Positions 9,218 to 19,851 are shown, numbered from the stretch's first letter. The stretch is 64,000 nt of DNA from Candidatus Poribacteria bacterium (GCA_965214095.1 OZ243938.1:3424001-3488000), one strand, 5' to 3'. Notes: generated from the sequence alone by a model not told the origin. A program made the numbers and translations.

Positions 9218-10813
9218 ATGATGAGATATTTTGAAACACGTGGTCCCGTATATCCAGATAAGAATTACGTCGTTTCACGCACTGAGGAGACAGCGGATTT
9301 TATCAACCGCATCAAAGATGGAAGATATATTGTCCTGTTCGCACCGAGGCAGACAGGTAAAACTACTTTCTTCAAATCCGCATTAAATTCGCTTCTATTT
9401 AAGGTATCAGACTACTTCCCTATCCAATTGAATTTTGACACTTATGCCGATCTATCTATGACAGATTTTTATGGCTGTCTTTATGAAGACATTCGTGAGG
9501 AAATAGGCAATATATTTGATCAACGTGGTATCATACCTTCCGAGGCACTAACAAGGTTCTTAGATGATACTCAACTTACAACTGCCTTTTCAATGAGAAG
9601 GTTCTTCAGTAAATTTGGGAAATTCTTAAATAACCAAAGAGTCATTCTCATCATAGACGAGTTTGATGGAATACCTCAAGATGCTGTTAGTGGATTTCTT
9701 AATTCCCTTCGTCATATCTATCTCTCTGATAAACTCAATTGTCCACATAGCGTCGGTATCGTCGGAGTCAAGAGCATTGCGCAGTTAAACTATGATAGGT
9801 CCATCTCACCATTCAATATACAAGATGATTTCAACCTACCTAACTTTACACATGAACAAGTAGCAGAACTCTTTTCACAGTATACTGAAGAGACTGGACA
9901 ACACTTTGCCCCTGAAGTCATTGAAATGCTATATAAACAGGCTGGAGGACAACCGTTCCTTGTCAATCGGTTTGGACAGATACTTACGGAAGAGATGGAT
10001 ATACCACGAACCGAGACAATTGGGATGGAACACTTTCTGGCTGCCCATACACAAATGCTTGAAGATCAGAATACTAACATAACCCATTTGCTGACTAACA
10101 TCCGTAGAAATCCACAGTATAAGAAGGATTTGATGAGAATTACCTCGTATGAAAGCGGCATGAAATTTAGTTTGGACAATGAGATTATTAACGAACTTGC
10201 TACATACGGCGTTCTTGCGAGAGGTCCTGATGGCATGTGTGAGATTGTCAATCCGATTTATCAACATCGCATTCTTCAAGCATTTAGACCCTTGTTTAAC
10301 GGTCTTGAAAGTGATTATTTCCCAGAAGACACTTATTTTGAAGATTATTTCACGTCAGAAGGACATATTGATTTGAAGCGACTTCTTGATAATTTTCGTG
10401 ATTTCATTGCACGTGCGGGTTTTAGGATACTTCAAGTGCCTGATACACCGCAAGAGTTTGTCGGTCAAGATCTACTGTATGCATATCTTGATCAGTTTGT
10501 TAGCATAGTTCACGGCAATATGTATCTTGAAGTGCCAACTGGACGTGGGAGAATGGATCTGGTCATTATCTACAATTCGCGAAAATACATCGTAGAGACA
10601 AAGATATGGGAAGGTGAGAAACGGTATCAGGCAGGTAAAAAACAACTGATGACATATCTAAATTTAGAGCAAGCTGATGAAGGATACTATGTTGTTTTTG
10701 ATCATCGTGAGATGCCTTCTTCGCTTACGGAAACTGAATCGGAAGAAGGACTAACGATTCGTAGTTATGTAATTCCTGTTGTTCAAGAACGTCCTTCAAC
10801 CCAACAAACATAA
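9218..10813 (+). CDS. AAA-like ATPase with C-terminal PD-(D/E)XK nuclease-like domain
   Basis: Walker A APRQTGKTT, Walker B LIIDEFD, SPFNI, GQPFLVN; C-terminal E...GRGRMDLVI...IVETK...QL..YL. Confidence 0.8.
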   Translation: MMRYFETRGPVYPDKNYVVSRTEETADFINRIKDGRYIVLFAPRQTGKTTFFKSALNSLLFKVSDYFPIQLNFDTYADLSMTDFYGCLYEDIREEIGNIFDQRGIIPSEALTRFLDDTQLTTAFSMRRFFSKFGKFLNNQRVILIIDEFDGIPQDAVSGFLNSLRHIYLSDKLNCPHSVGIVGVKSIAQLNYDRSISPFNIQDDFNLPNFTHEQVAELFSQYTEETGQHFAPEVIEMLYKQAGGQPFLVNRFGQILTEEMDIPRTETIGMEHFLAAHTQMLEDQNTNITHLLTNIRRNPQYKKDLMRITSYESGMKFSLDNEIINELATYGVLARGPDGMCEIVNPIYQHRILQAFRPLFNGLESDYFPEDTYFEDYFTSEGHIDLKRLLDNFRDFIARAGFRILQVPDTPQEFVGQDLLYAYLDQFVSIVHGNMYLEVPTGRGRMDLVIIYNSRKYIVETKIWEGEKRYQAGKKQLMTYLNLEQADEGYYVVFDHREMPSSLTETESEEGLTIRSYVIPVVQERPSTQQT

Positions 10814-10840
10814 ATTAGTTTCAAAGTAAGGAATTTTACT

Positions 10841-10957
10841 ATGGAAACAATGACTACCTCGTATGCATCGCACATCACGATAGAGGGAGACAAGGATGGC
10901 GTATATAGTGTTGCATTCAGTCCTGATGGTACGGTGCGTCTGTGGGATATTGTATGA
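10841..10957 (+). pseudogene. WD40-repeat remnant (38 aa)
   Basis: ...IEGDKDGVYSVAFSPDG|TVRLWDIV*: one WD40 blade missing its central ~10 residues. Confidence 0.6.
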
Positions 10958-11081
10958 TCTGAAGGCGTTCAATTGACATGTTGACATAATTTTGGTTTTC
11001 AACTAAACTGATGTCTAACAGATAAACCTATAGGTCTATTTCACATGATAACAACATTAAGTTTTTCTATCGGAGGCAATT

Positions 11082-11729
11082 ATGTCAAAAGTTCTTGTGC
11101 TTTCTGGTGAGAACCATCGCTTCAATGCAAGTGCGAGTGTTATACACAGTTTTCTTGATGAGGATGCAGAAATATCTGCTACGCTAAGTGACGATAAGGA
11201 TATTTTGGCATCCAGTGAGTTAGATAACTACGATGCATGTGTCTTTGGCACAGGCTTCATTCGATCGGAACGTCAAGAGGATGGCACTTCCAAACGCGTC
11301 CCAGATTTGACTCCTGGACAAGAAGACGGTCTGTTTCAGTTTGTGGAGGGTGGTAAAGGATTGGTCGGCATACATGGTACCGCCTGGTGGATAGGTGGAC
11401 GCGCTGTTGATCTGATCGGTGGACATTCGAACTGGCATCCACCCGGTTCTACATTTACTGTGCATATCACAGACACAGAACATCCGACAACCCAAGGCGT
11501 TTCAGATTTTGATGTAGAAGATGAAATATACATTTCAGCTCATGAGCCCAACCTTCATGTATTAGCAACTGCGGAGTGGTTCGGCAAGGCACACCCGATG
11601 GCATGGGTAAAGACCTATGGTTCGGGTAAGGTATTTTATACGACTTTGGGACACGGACCGGGAACATTTGAAAGAAAAGGTATGCAGATATTTCTTACTC
11701 AAGCAGCGAGATGGGTGGCGACATCGTGA
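11082..11729 (+). CDS. ThuA-like (class I glutamine amidotransferase-like) domain protein
   Basis: FVEGGKGLVGIH, HP.TQGV..F...DEIY, PMAWVKTYGSGKVFYTTLGH. Confidence 0.88.
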   Translation: MSKVLVLSGENHRFNASASVIHSFLDEDAEISATLSDDKDILASSELDNYDACVFGTGFIRSERQEDGTSKRVPDLTPGQEDGLFQFVEGGKGLVGIHGTAWWIGGRAVDLIGGHSNWHPPGSTFTVHITDTEHPTTQGVSDFDVEDEIYISAHEPNLHVLATAEWFGKAHPMAWVKTYGSGKVFYTTLGHGPGTFERKGMQIFLTQAARWVATS

Positions 11730-11735
11730 GTTAGA

Positions 11736-12827
11736 ATGATGCACACCCTAAAGATCAAATCTGTAGCAACAGAAATAATTCATGTCAACCATCGCGGTAA
11801 TTGGCTTTTCGTAAAACTTCATGCGGAAGATGGCACAACCGGCATCGGTGAGGCATCTCACGGTGGGAATGATGAACAGGTTGGAAAGATAATACAAGAC
11901 CTTGAATCTGTACTCACAGGATGGAATGTGTTTGAACTTGAGGCATTTCGTCATCGGTTCTTCCGTGAAAGTGAAGGTCATGCATATCTTACTGCAATCG
12001 GCGGAATTGAACATGCGATGTGGGACTTGGTAGGCAGGACTTTAGGTGTACCGAGTTACCAACTGTTAGGTGGCAGGTGCAGAGACCGTATTAGACTATA
12101 TGCGAATATAAACCGTGCGACGACAGATCGGAGTCCAAAAGGTTTTGCACAGAATGCTGAGAAAGCAGTTTCCGATGGCTTTACTGCCATCAAATGTGCC
12201 CCTTTTGATGGTGTTTCAGCATCTAATATAACTAATGGCACGCTCACGCCAGCAATACGAGAAGGAATTGATCGGATTCGTGCAATTCGCTCAACAATAG
12301 GGACAGAAATTGATTTATTAGTTGATTGTCATAGTCGGTTTAATCCTGGTCTTATCATACAAACTGCAAAAGCATTGGACGATCTGAATCTGTTTTGGAT
12401 TGAAGACCCTGTGCCGTTGGATGACCTTGATGCGGTTGCACATGTTAGCATGTCTACCTCCATGCCAATTGCAACGGGAGAGCGGCTTCGGACACTGACT
12501 GATTTTGATAGGCTGTTAAAACACGGACGTGTTGACTATATCTTGCCGGATGTGAAACATGTCGGTGGGTTGTTGGGATTGAAAAAGATTGCGACGCTGG
12601 CAGAAACAACGAATGTAAAGATCACGCCTCATAATCCGAGCGGTCCTGTTGCTACAGCTGCGAGTGTGCAGTGTATGGCAAACGTGCCAAACTTCGGTAT
12701 CCTTGAATATGCGTGGGGAGAGGTGGATTGGCGAAGCACTCTTGTTGATCCACCTGAAAAAATAACAGACGGATTTATTGAACTTTCAACATGCCCCGGA
12801 TTAGGTATCACACTTAAACCACTGTAA
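11736..12827 (+). CDS. Mandelate racemase / galactonate dehydratase-like enolase-superfamily enzyme
   Basis: GIGEA, GIEHAMWDL.G..LGVP.YQLLGG, VDCH, WIEDP, PIATGE, PHNPSGP, LE. Confidence 0.88.
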   Translation: MMHTLKIKSVATEIIHVNHRGNWLFVKLHAEDGTTGIGEASHGGNDEQVGKIIQDLESVLTGWNVFELEAFRHRFFRESEGHAYLTAIGGIEHAMWDLVGRTLGVPSYQLLGGRCRDRIRLYANINRATTDRSPKGFAQNAEKAVSDGFTAIKCAPFDGVSASNITNGTLTPAIREGIDRIRAIRSTIGTEIDLLVDCHSRFNPGLIIQTAKALDDLNLFWIEDPVPLDDLDAVAHVSMSTSMPIATGERLRTLTDFDRLLKHGRVDYILPDVKHVGGLLGLKKIATLAETTNVKITPHNPSGPVATAASVQCMANVPNFGILEYAWGEVDWRSTLVDPPEKITDGFIELSTCPGLGITLKPL

Positions 12828-12853
12828 ACAGAACATTTTTGAGGAAATATGTT

Positions 12854-13600
12854 ATGAAACATCTGATTCTACTTAATTTCTTTCTAATCATATTTTTATT
12901 TGGTTGTCTTGGAAGCCAACAAACTGCAACACAACCAATGGAAACTGGAACAACCTCTCCTGAAGCGGATGGTCCTACTGGGCTCGCGGTTCTTGAACTT
13001 TCAACACCAATAACAACCTATTCAGCACAAGATACGATACCGGTTGAACTCCAAATCCAAAATGGCAAGTTTGATCTGCTTGTACCGTTTTCCAACGTCG
13101 CTATGCAACGTGCTTTTAAACAACTTACTGTTACAGATAGCAACGGTGTGGTAGTCAAGAGCAGAAAAATGATTCCGCTTGCTAACACACTGAAGACACT
13201 CTATAAGGATGGAAAGTCCATAAGGTGTGTTCAAGGCTTTGATATGAAAGCAGGAACAACCCAGACAGTTTTGTTGGATAATCTGCTTGAATATTACAAA
13301 CTTGTCCCTGGTAGGTACGCCGTAAAAGTTGCACTTGAATTAGAGGTATACGATGAGTTTATGCAGGATCAACATCCGCAAATTATTGAATTGGAACGTG
13401 AGATATATGATATTCAGAATAGTACTATTCCACAGTTTACACCAGAGGTAAAGAAAGAAGCGATTGGCTATACGCAAGATCAAATAAAATTAATCAAGGA
13501 AAAACATAAAGATGAATTGCTGAACATTTATCTTCCATTAAAATCGCGTCGAGGCAAAGCCTTAATTGAATCGAATACCATTGCTATTACCATTGAATAG
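12854..13600 (+). CDS. Hypothetical lipoprotein
   Basis: MKHLILLNFFLIIFLFGC lipobox; no recognised domain. Confidence 0.7.
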   Translation: MKHLILLNFFLIIFLFGCLGSQQTATQPMETGTTSPEADGPTGLAVLELSTPITTYSAQDTIPVELQIQNGKFDLLVPFSNVAMQRAFKQLTVTDSNGVVVKSRKMIPLANTLKTLYKDGKSIRCVQGFDMKAGTTQTVLLDNLLEYYKLVPGRYAVKVALELEVYDEFMQDQHPQIIELEREIYDIQNSTIPQFTPEVKKEAIGYTQDQIKLIKEKHKDELLNIYLPLKSRRGKALIESNTIAITIE

Positions 13601-14271
13601 TGGGAATTATGAAAGAATTAATAGTTCTCAGTGCCCTGCTTCTCATTTTCTGTAGTTGTATTAGTCAAACAACGCAGACTACTCAAAGTCCTGAGAATAC
13701 TTCCAACATACAAAAAGAGCGTGAGAATTTGCTTGAATCTTATGGAGAAATACGACGTAATCAAGACAAACAGACGCATGAATACGCAGTTCGGGATGAG
13801 TTGATAGGTAAATGGCAATTGGTAAGTCTTACGTTTGAGGAAGGGGATATACCGCAGCCGACATTAGCAATTAAGGTATCACTTGCTGCGACTGCCCGTC
13901 AAAACCTAACTCTTGAATTTTTCAATGAATATGCACGCTACGGTTTCCGCGGGAATAGCAGAGGTATACAAGTCGGAGGAGATTACGATATTAGAAGTCT
14001 TCTCTATGTAGAGGAACTTTATCCTATCATAACATTTTCCCGTCGTCAAGGGGAGCCAATGGATCGTTTCCTGTTTGGTGAGGCAGCCCAACGCGAGGAG
14101 AATGATACCCCTTTTTCACGAGCATTAATCCCTGGTATCAATGTATCATTTTCCGATGGTGAATCTGGTGATGAGTTGCTGCATTTGAAGCGTTACGGTA
14201 GAATGGAACTGACTCCAGATGGTTGGGGTATGACAGGACATATTCACTGTGTTTTTCGTAAGATCAAATAG
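13600..14271 (+). CDS. Hypothetical lipoprotein (possible lipocalin-like fold)
   Basis: MKELIVLSALLLIFCSC lipobox; LIGKWQLVS motif; abuts the previous gene. Confidence 0.65.
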   Translation: MGIMKELIVLSALLLIFCSCISQTTQTTQSPENTSNIQKERENLLESYGEIRRNQDKQTHEYAVRDELIGKWQLVSLTFEEGDIPQPTLAIKVSLAATARQNLTLEFFNEYARYGFRGNSRGIQVGGDYDIRSLLYVEELYPIITFSRRQGEPMDRFLFGEAAQREENDTPFSRALIPGINVSFSDGESGDELLHLKRYGRMELTPDGWGMTGHIHCVFRKIK

Positions 14272-14393
14272 ATTTATCCTTAACTCCACAATTTCTCTCG
14301 GTTGCATACTGATATTTCTAGCATTTTCAACATTTTGTGAGTTTTCAATAGGATAATAACTTGACGAAAAAGTGTTAGAATATCAAAATGAGC

Positions 14394-14468
14394 AGCCCCA
14401 GCGGGGCGAAATGTGTATAGCACATCGTGAACAAACGATTTATAGCCCCAGCGGGGCGACAGGTGTAT
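14394..14468. repeat. Direct pair of AGCCCCAGCGGGGCGA hairpin repeats
   Basis: AGCCCCAGCGGGGCGAAATGTGTAT and AGCCCCAGCGGGGCGACAGGTGTAT, ~50 bp apart. Confidence 0.7.
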
Positions 14469-14581
14469 CATTGAAGGAATAGGTATGATGACTGTGATGC
14501 TCCTTGTCCAGACTATTATTCAAGTCTATAAAAAACTGTCCAAACTATAGTAATTAAAAATATGATTTAGGAGGAATTTCA

Positions 14582-15532
14582 ATGAAAGTTATACGATTTG
14601 TAATTCTAAGTAGTATTGGTTTAATGCTATTGTGTCCTGTGTTCGGACAAGCCCCTCAAAAGTCAAAAATAGCATTTGTGTCAAATGTTGATGGTTGGGG
14701 AATTGACATTATGAACCCAGATGGACGTGAGCGCAAGAAATTAATTACACATTCCAACAATATAAACCAATTAGCTTGGTCACCTTCGGGAGAACATATA
14801 CTTTTTGGTGCCCGGAATTCTGAGGGTAATCATGACATTTATCTTGTGAATGCCGATGGATCTGACGTAGTGAAGTTGTTTGATACACCGAATTATAAAC
14901 GACAACCCGCTTGGTCACCTGATGGAGACAAGATCGCTTATATGGCGTATTCCAAAATTTGGGAGAGTTGGAGTATCTATGTTGCAACAATTGATGGTAA
15001 GTTAATCGCACCAGTAATTCGTGTTGGCAAGAACGGAGGGGATCCAGCATGGTCACCTGATGGCACTGAAATTGCCTATGTGGATGATGGTGTCTATCAA
15101 CGAAATATCTATGTATATAATATTGAAACACAGCAACAAAGAATACTTTACAAACACAATCCATCTTGGATGGCTTATCCTACTTGGTCACCTGATGGCG
15201 ACAAAATTGCCTTTTACTGGGCATTAGGAACTTTATCGGGCATTTTCTCTGTGAATAGCGATGGAACTGAAATGAAGCGAATAGTTGGAATTGAAGAAAT
15301 AGGTATACGTTCATTGACTTGGTCTCCAGGTGGCAAATCTTTTTTATATTCCCAACCTGCAGATGATAGTCTTCATCTCTTCAAAGTCAATATTTATTCA
15401 GGGAAAATCACGCAGCTGACAGATGAAGGCACAAATTTTGATGCTATTTGGTATGATCCATCGCCAATGTCTGTTTTTCCTTCAGAAGCGAAGTTGACAA
15501 CGACATGGGGAGAAATAAAAAGTGCCAATTAA
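14582..15532 (+). CDS. Secreted TolB-like PD40 beta-propeller protein with C-terminal 'KLTTTWGEIK' motif
   Basis: Signal peptide; five W-S-P-x-G repeats (e.g. PAWSPDG.KIAY); tail SVFPSEAKLTTTWGEIKSAN. Confidence 0.85.
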   Translation: MKVIRFVILSSIGLMLLCPVFGQAPQKSKIAFVSNVDGWGIDIMNPDGRERKKLITHSNNINQLAWSPSGEHILFGARNSEGNHDIYLVNADGSDVVKLFDTPNYKRQPAWSPDGDKIAYMAYSKIWESWSIYVATIDGKLIAPVIRVGKNGGDPAWSPDGTEIAYVDDGVYQRNIYVYNIETQQQRILYKHNPSWMAYPTWSPDGDKIAFYWALGTLSGIFSVNSDGTEMKRIVGIEEIGIRSLTWSPGGKSFLYSQPADDSLHLFKVNIYSGKITQLTDEGTNFDAIWYDPSPMSVFPSEAKLTTTWGEIKSAN

Positions 15533-16311
15533 ATCTTGGTATTTGGATGCCAGAGATTTTTCTCGGTAATACCCAGTTCTTCCAGAATTGGGTTAAGTAG
15601 TGCTATCTCTCCCATTTGCTGTGTGTTGTGTGCATCACTTCCGATGAGCAATTTCACATCTCTTTCTAAACACAGTTGATAGAATTCAACGAGATGTTGT
15701 TGATTATGTCGGACCATCTTTGGACTGATTTCTATCCCCAGTCCGCGTTGAGATACAATGTCAAGTTGATATATCAGCCGTTTTTGCTCAACATTACGCA
15801 TCATCTCCTGACTAAATGCTGCAATTTCCTCTTTTGAAAACTGGAAAACATCGGGTGAGAGTAGAAATGGGTGTACGATTGCATCGGTTATGGGACATGC
15901 AACCGCGGCTTCAAACATATAGATTTCGTGCAGTGCTACCCGTCGTGGATCGCTGAAACTTTTGGGTTGCGCTACACCGCGTAGATGGTAGTGATTTGGA
16001 GCCATCAGCACATAATCAAAATATGAAGCCAAACGAATATTTATTGATGTAGACTGATATTCCAGCATCTGTGACTCCACCCCAAAATGCACTCTAATTG
16101 AAGGTTCTGTTTCCTTAATTGCCTGGTGTGCGGCTTGAATTGTTTTTATTTTTGATTGATAACTGTAATCGTGATCGGTAATTCCGATTGCTTCAGTGCC
16201 GCGTATTTGCTGAAGTTTTATTATTTTTTCTACACTTAGATCATTTTCTGCACATCCAGAAAGTTGGGTATGGATATGGTAGTCACAACTAAACATTTTG
16301 TACTCCTTCAA
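15529..16311 (-). CDS. PHP-family metallophosphoesterase
   Basis: DYHIHT, GITDH, GVE, HP, GSDAH motifs. Confidence 0.88.
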   Translation of the reverse strand: MKEYKMFSCDYHIHTQLSGCAENDLSVEKIIKLQQIRGTEAIGITDHDYSYQSKIKTIQAAHQAIKETEPSIRVHFGVESQMLEYQSTSINIRLASYFDYVLMAPNHYHLRGVAQPKSFSDPRRVALHEIYMFEAAVACPITDAIVHPFLLSPDVFQFSKEEIAAFSQEMMRNVEQKRLIYQLDIVSQRGLGIEISPKMVRHNQQHLVEFYQLCLERDVKLLIGSDAHNTQQMGEIALLNPILEELGITEKNLWHPNTKI

Positions 16312-16379
16312 ACTATATCATTCCTATTAAGATTATTGCAAACTTTTGGACGTATTGCAACAAAAATTGTATGAGTGGA

Positions 16380-16496
16380 TCAATGCCAACGATAATACGA
16401 ACCAACACTCACACCCGCTTCTTCACATGCCAAACTTACAGAAGTGCACCTTAGCAACACAGCCAGATCAGCAATAACCTCTTGTGACAACCGCAT
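16380..16496 (-). pseudogene. Short helix-turn-helix remnant (38 aa)
   Basis: GGAGG RBS, then MRLSQEVIADLAVLLRCTSVSLACEEAGVSVGSYYRWH*. The 'AC..AGVS...YYRW' pattern resembles transposase or terminase-small-subunit HTHs. Confidence 0.45.
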
Positions 16497-16623
16497 TCAA
16501 CCCTCCTTTTTCGCGAAGGTTTTTATTATCATTTTTGCCAAAAACACCAAATTATAATGCAATTAATGCAAAATGTTTTTAAGGATACCCTATTTTCAAC
16601 CCAAAACACAACATAACATCCTT

Positions 16624-16726
16624 TATAGTGAATTATAAATATAAGTTGACACTTTCGACCCACGGTAGGCGAGGTTTCCTAACCTCGCCGATGCAGAGTG
16701 TTCAAGTAATTTCAAAATCTACTATA
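16624..16726 (+). mobile_element. 103-bp TATAGT...ACTATA MITE with internal REP hairpin (copy 1)
   Basis: Reverse complement of 33828-33930 with 4 mismatches; contains GTAGGCGAGGTTTCCTAACCTCGCC. Confidence 0.85.
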
Positions 16727-16919
16727 AGGTCTTCCCTTGCATTTGAAGGAACCTTTTCACGCTTTGAGTAATTTACAACCTAACTCATAAATCGTAGATG
16801 CGGTTTCAAACCACGATTTACCGGACACTCGATCAGGTGATTTCGGACAAATTGCATTTATCAGATACGCTGTTCTAACTTTTCAGATAACGGAAATACG
16901 TGAGTTGCCATTTTTTTTA

Positions 16920-16948
16920 TTGCACATATCAACTAATTAGGATATACT
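16920..16948 (+). promoter_or_regulatory. Putative sigma70 promoter of the nuo operon
   Basis: TTGCAC-17 bp-TATACT, ~65 bp upstream of nuoA. Confidence 0.55.
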
Positions 16949-17012
16949 TTAACTCAAAATACGACATAACGTAGTCGTAGCGAAACTAAGTTTCAGATAT
17001 AGGACACTATAA

Positions 17013-17411
17013 ATGCTGTTTAATTTTGCCAATGTGCTAATTTTCTTAGTTGTTGGTTGTCTGTTTGTCATCCTCAACCTCACAATTTCTCGTCTTCTAC
17101 ATACAAAGATATTTTCTGGTGAAAAGTGTATCCCTTATGAATGCGGGGAAGACCCGATTGGCGATACACGGATAAAGTTCAACACCCGATTTTATGTCAT
17201 TGCACTCATCTTCTTAATATTTGACGTTGAAGTTGTGTTTCTGTTGCCGTGGGCCGTTGTATTTAGAGATATAGGTCTTTTGGCATTTGTGGAAATGCTT
17301 GTTTTTATTGCTATTCTGTTAGTTGGACTTGCTTATGTTTGGGCAAAAGGTGACCTTGAATGGATAAAATCTACGCAGTTAGAGGTACAATCCATACAAC
17401 GGGAGGAATGA
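17013..17411 (+). CDS. nuoA: NADH-quinone oxidoreductase subunit A
   Basis: [29 protein letters not shown]. Confidence 0.96.
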   Translation: MLFNFANVLIFLVVGCLFVILNLTISRLLHTKIFSGEKCIPYECGEDPIGDTRIKFNTRFYVIALIFLIFDVEVVFLLPWAVVFRDIGLLAFVEMLVFIAILLVGLAYVWAKGDLEWIKSTQLEVQSIQREE

Positions 17412-17415
17412 TATA

Positions 17416-18039
17416 ATGCTTGAAGAAAAGTTAGACAAAAACGTAATTGTCACCTCAGTTGATGCAGTTGCAAACTGGGCACGTTCTTCAGCACTCTGGC
17501 CGATGACCTTCGGTTTGGCTTGTTGTGCAATTGAGTTTATGGCGGCGGCTGCGTCCAATTATGACTTAGATAGGTTCGGTGCAGGTGTGCCACGTGCAAC
17601 CCCTCGACAATCAGACTTAATGGTAATCTCAGGTACAGTTACGCTCAAGATGGCAACACGTATTAAAAGGTTGTATGAACAGATGCCTGAACCGAAGTAT
17701 GTTATCTCTATGGGTAGTTGCGCTACAAGTGGTGGTCCCTATTGGCAGCACGGATATCACGTACTTAAAGGTGTGGACAGGATTATTCCGGTTGATGTAT
17801 ATGTCCCTGGCTGTCCGCCACGTCCTGAAGCTCTCATTGAGGGGTTGCTGAAATTACAAGAAAAAATCAAAACGCAAACAGTTGCCAAACGCACCAATGC
17901 TCCATTCTTAAAGAGACTCTTTACGAAAACGGAATGGTACGAAATTGAAAAAGCAGAGAAAGCAGAAAAGGCTGAAGGTGCGGATGAGGAAGCCGAAACA
18001 ACGACACCTGAAGAAGAAAACGTTGAAAAAACTGCATAA
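17416..18039 (+). CDS. nuoB: NADH-quinone oxidoreductase subunit B
   Basis: [33 protein letters not shown]; acidic C-terminal extension. Confidence 0.97.
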   Translation: MLEEKLDKNVIVTSVDAVANWARSSALWPMTFGLACCAIEFMAAAASNYDLDRFGAGVPRATPRQSDLMVISGTVTLKMATRIKRLYEQMPEPKYVISMGSCATSGGPYWQHGYHVLKGVDRIIPVDVYVPGCPPRPEALIEGLLKLQEKIKTQTVAKRTNAPFLKRLFTKTEWYEIEKAEKAEKAEGADEEAETTTPEEENVEKTA

Positions 18040-18072
18040 AAATGTCGTTATCTCATCTGGAGTAGATATTAA

Positions 18073-18558
18073 GTGAACCCAGAAGAAATCCATAAAACCC
18101 TATCCGACAAGTTTGGTGAAGCAATCCTCGGTTATGACACAGAACTTGCTGGCGACCCCAATATTCAGATCGCACCTACAGCAATTCACGAAGTGTGTCA
18201 ATTCCTCGCTGAAACTGATACGTTGGCGTTTGATTCTTTAATGTGTCTTAGTGGCGTTGACATGGGTGTTAAAGAAGAGGAACTCTCTGTTATTTATCAT
18301 CTCTACGCAATGCAACATAGACATAGTGTGGTTCTAAAAACATCAGTTCCGAAAACTGAAGCACACCTTCCTACCGTTTCACATATTTGGAAAACAGCAG
18401 ACTGGCACGAACGTGAAGCTTATGACCTATACGGAATTGTCTTTGAAGGACATACCGACCTGAGGCGTATTTTACTACCTGATGATTGGGAAGGATATCC
18501 ACTCCGAAAAGATTACCAAGAGCCTGATTTCTATCGCGGCATGCGTGTTCCGTATTAG
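18073..18558 (+). CDS. nuoC: NADH-quinone oxidoreductase subunit C
   Basis: ADWHEREAYDLYGIVFEGH.DLRRILLPDDWEGYPLRKDY. Confidence 0.96.
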   Translation: MNPEEIHKTLSDKFGEAILGYDTELAGDPNIQIAPTAIHEVCQFLAETDTLAFDSLMCLSGVDMGVKEEELSVIYHLYAMQHRHSVVLKTSVPKTEAHLPTVSHIWKTADWHEREAYDLYGIVFEGHTDLRRILLPDDWEGYPLRKDYQEPDFYRGMRVPY

Positions 18559-18614
18559 ACAATACTTGAAATTAATATACATTATGGATAAAGTCTAACC
18601 CGATAATCCACATT

Positions 18615-19820
18615 ATGGAAAGCACACAACAAACAGAATCAAAGATCATAGAATTAAAGCCGTTCACTGATGAAATGATTGTCAATATGGGACCTCAGCA
18701 TCCGAGCACACACGGGGTGTTACGGTTGGAATTGAGGCTAGACGGTGAGATAGTACGTGAAGCGATTCCACATATCGGGTATCTCCACCGCTGTTTTGAG
18801 AAACACTCCGAAAACCTCTCTTACCCTCAAATCATCCCTTTTACGGATCGGATGGATTACGTTGCGGCGATGAATCAGAATTGGGGATTTTGTCTTGCTG
18901 TAGAGAAATTGCTTGAGGCGGATGAAACAAAGGATTTTGAAGTGCCGGAACGCGCAGAATATCTACGTGTATTAATCTGTGAATTAAATAGGATTGCAAG
19001 TCATTTGCTTTCTTTTGGCACTTACGGTATGGACCTCGGAGCATTTACACCGTTCCTCTATGCTTTTCGAGACCGAGAACGTCTTCTCCTACTTTTTGAA
19101 AAAGTCTGTGGGGCACGCCTTACCTATAACTATATCCGCATCGGTGGTGTCTCAGAAATCATTCCTCTTGAACCCGGTTCCATTGCAGAACAGAATTATT
19201 TGGACGAAATAGAAGGTTTTCTTGATTACTTTGAACCGAAAATTGACGAATACAACGACCTATTGACATCAAATAGTATTTTCTCGGAACGGACTATGGG
19301 TGTTGCTGTTATGTCCGAGGAGATGGCTCTTAGTTACGGTGCTACCGGTCCGAACCTTCGTGGTTCAGGCGTTGACTGGGATTTGCGGAGAGACGAACCC
19401 TATTCTATCTATGACCGATTTGATTATGATGTGCCGGTGGCTAAGGATATCCCTGAGTTAGGTGCTGTTCTCGGAGACTGTTGGAGTCGCTACAAAATAC
19501 GTATGGATGAAATGAAAGAGTCTGTCAAGATAGTACGGCAAATTTTGGCGGAAGGACTCCCTGATGGACCTGTCATGGCTGATTTGAAAGCTGTCCGTCC
19601 ACCGGCAGGTGAAATCTATTTCCGTAGTGAAGCACCGCGAGGTGAACTCGGATTTTATATCGTGAGTGACGGCACACCGAAACCCGTGCGTGTTAAGGGA
19701 CGTTCTCCATGCTTCAGTGCGTTGAGTGCACTACAGGAATTGAGCCGTGGTTTGATGGTTGCAGATATTATCGCAATTATCGGCAGCATTGATATTGTTA
19801 TGGGAGAAGTTGATCGATAG
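18615..19820 (+). CDS. nuoD: NADH-quinone oxidoreductase subunit D
   Basis: NMGPQHPSTHGVLRL, IGYLHR, DRMDY, EAPRGELG, DIVMGEVDR. Confidence 0.97.
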   Translation: MESTQQTESKIIELKPFTDEMIVNMGPQHPSTHGVLRLELRLDGEIVREAIPHIGYLHRCFEKHSENLSYPQIIPFTDRMDYVAAMNQNWGFCLAVEKLLEADETKDFEVPERAEYLRVLICELNRIASHLLSFGTYGMDLGAFTPFLYAFRDRERLLLLFEKVCGARLTYNYIRIGGVSEIIPLEPGSIAEQNYLDEIEGFLDYFEPKIDEYNDLLTSNSIFSERTMGVAVMSEEMALSYGATGPNLRGSGVDWDLRRDEPYSIYDRFDYDVPVAKDIPELGAVLGDCWSRYKIRMDEMKESVKIVRQILAEGLPDGPVMADLKAVRPPAGEIYFRSEAPRGELGFYIVSDGTPKPVRVKGRSPCFSALSALQELSRGLMVADIIAIIGSIDIVMGEVDR

Positions 19821-19851
19821 ATCATTATTGACGGTCGGTGTAGGAGATTAG

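Noticed and set aside
14582-15532. Genuine tolB
   Set aside because: Lacks the TolB N-terminal domain and tol-pal context, and carries a lineage-type C-terminal tail
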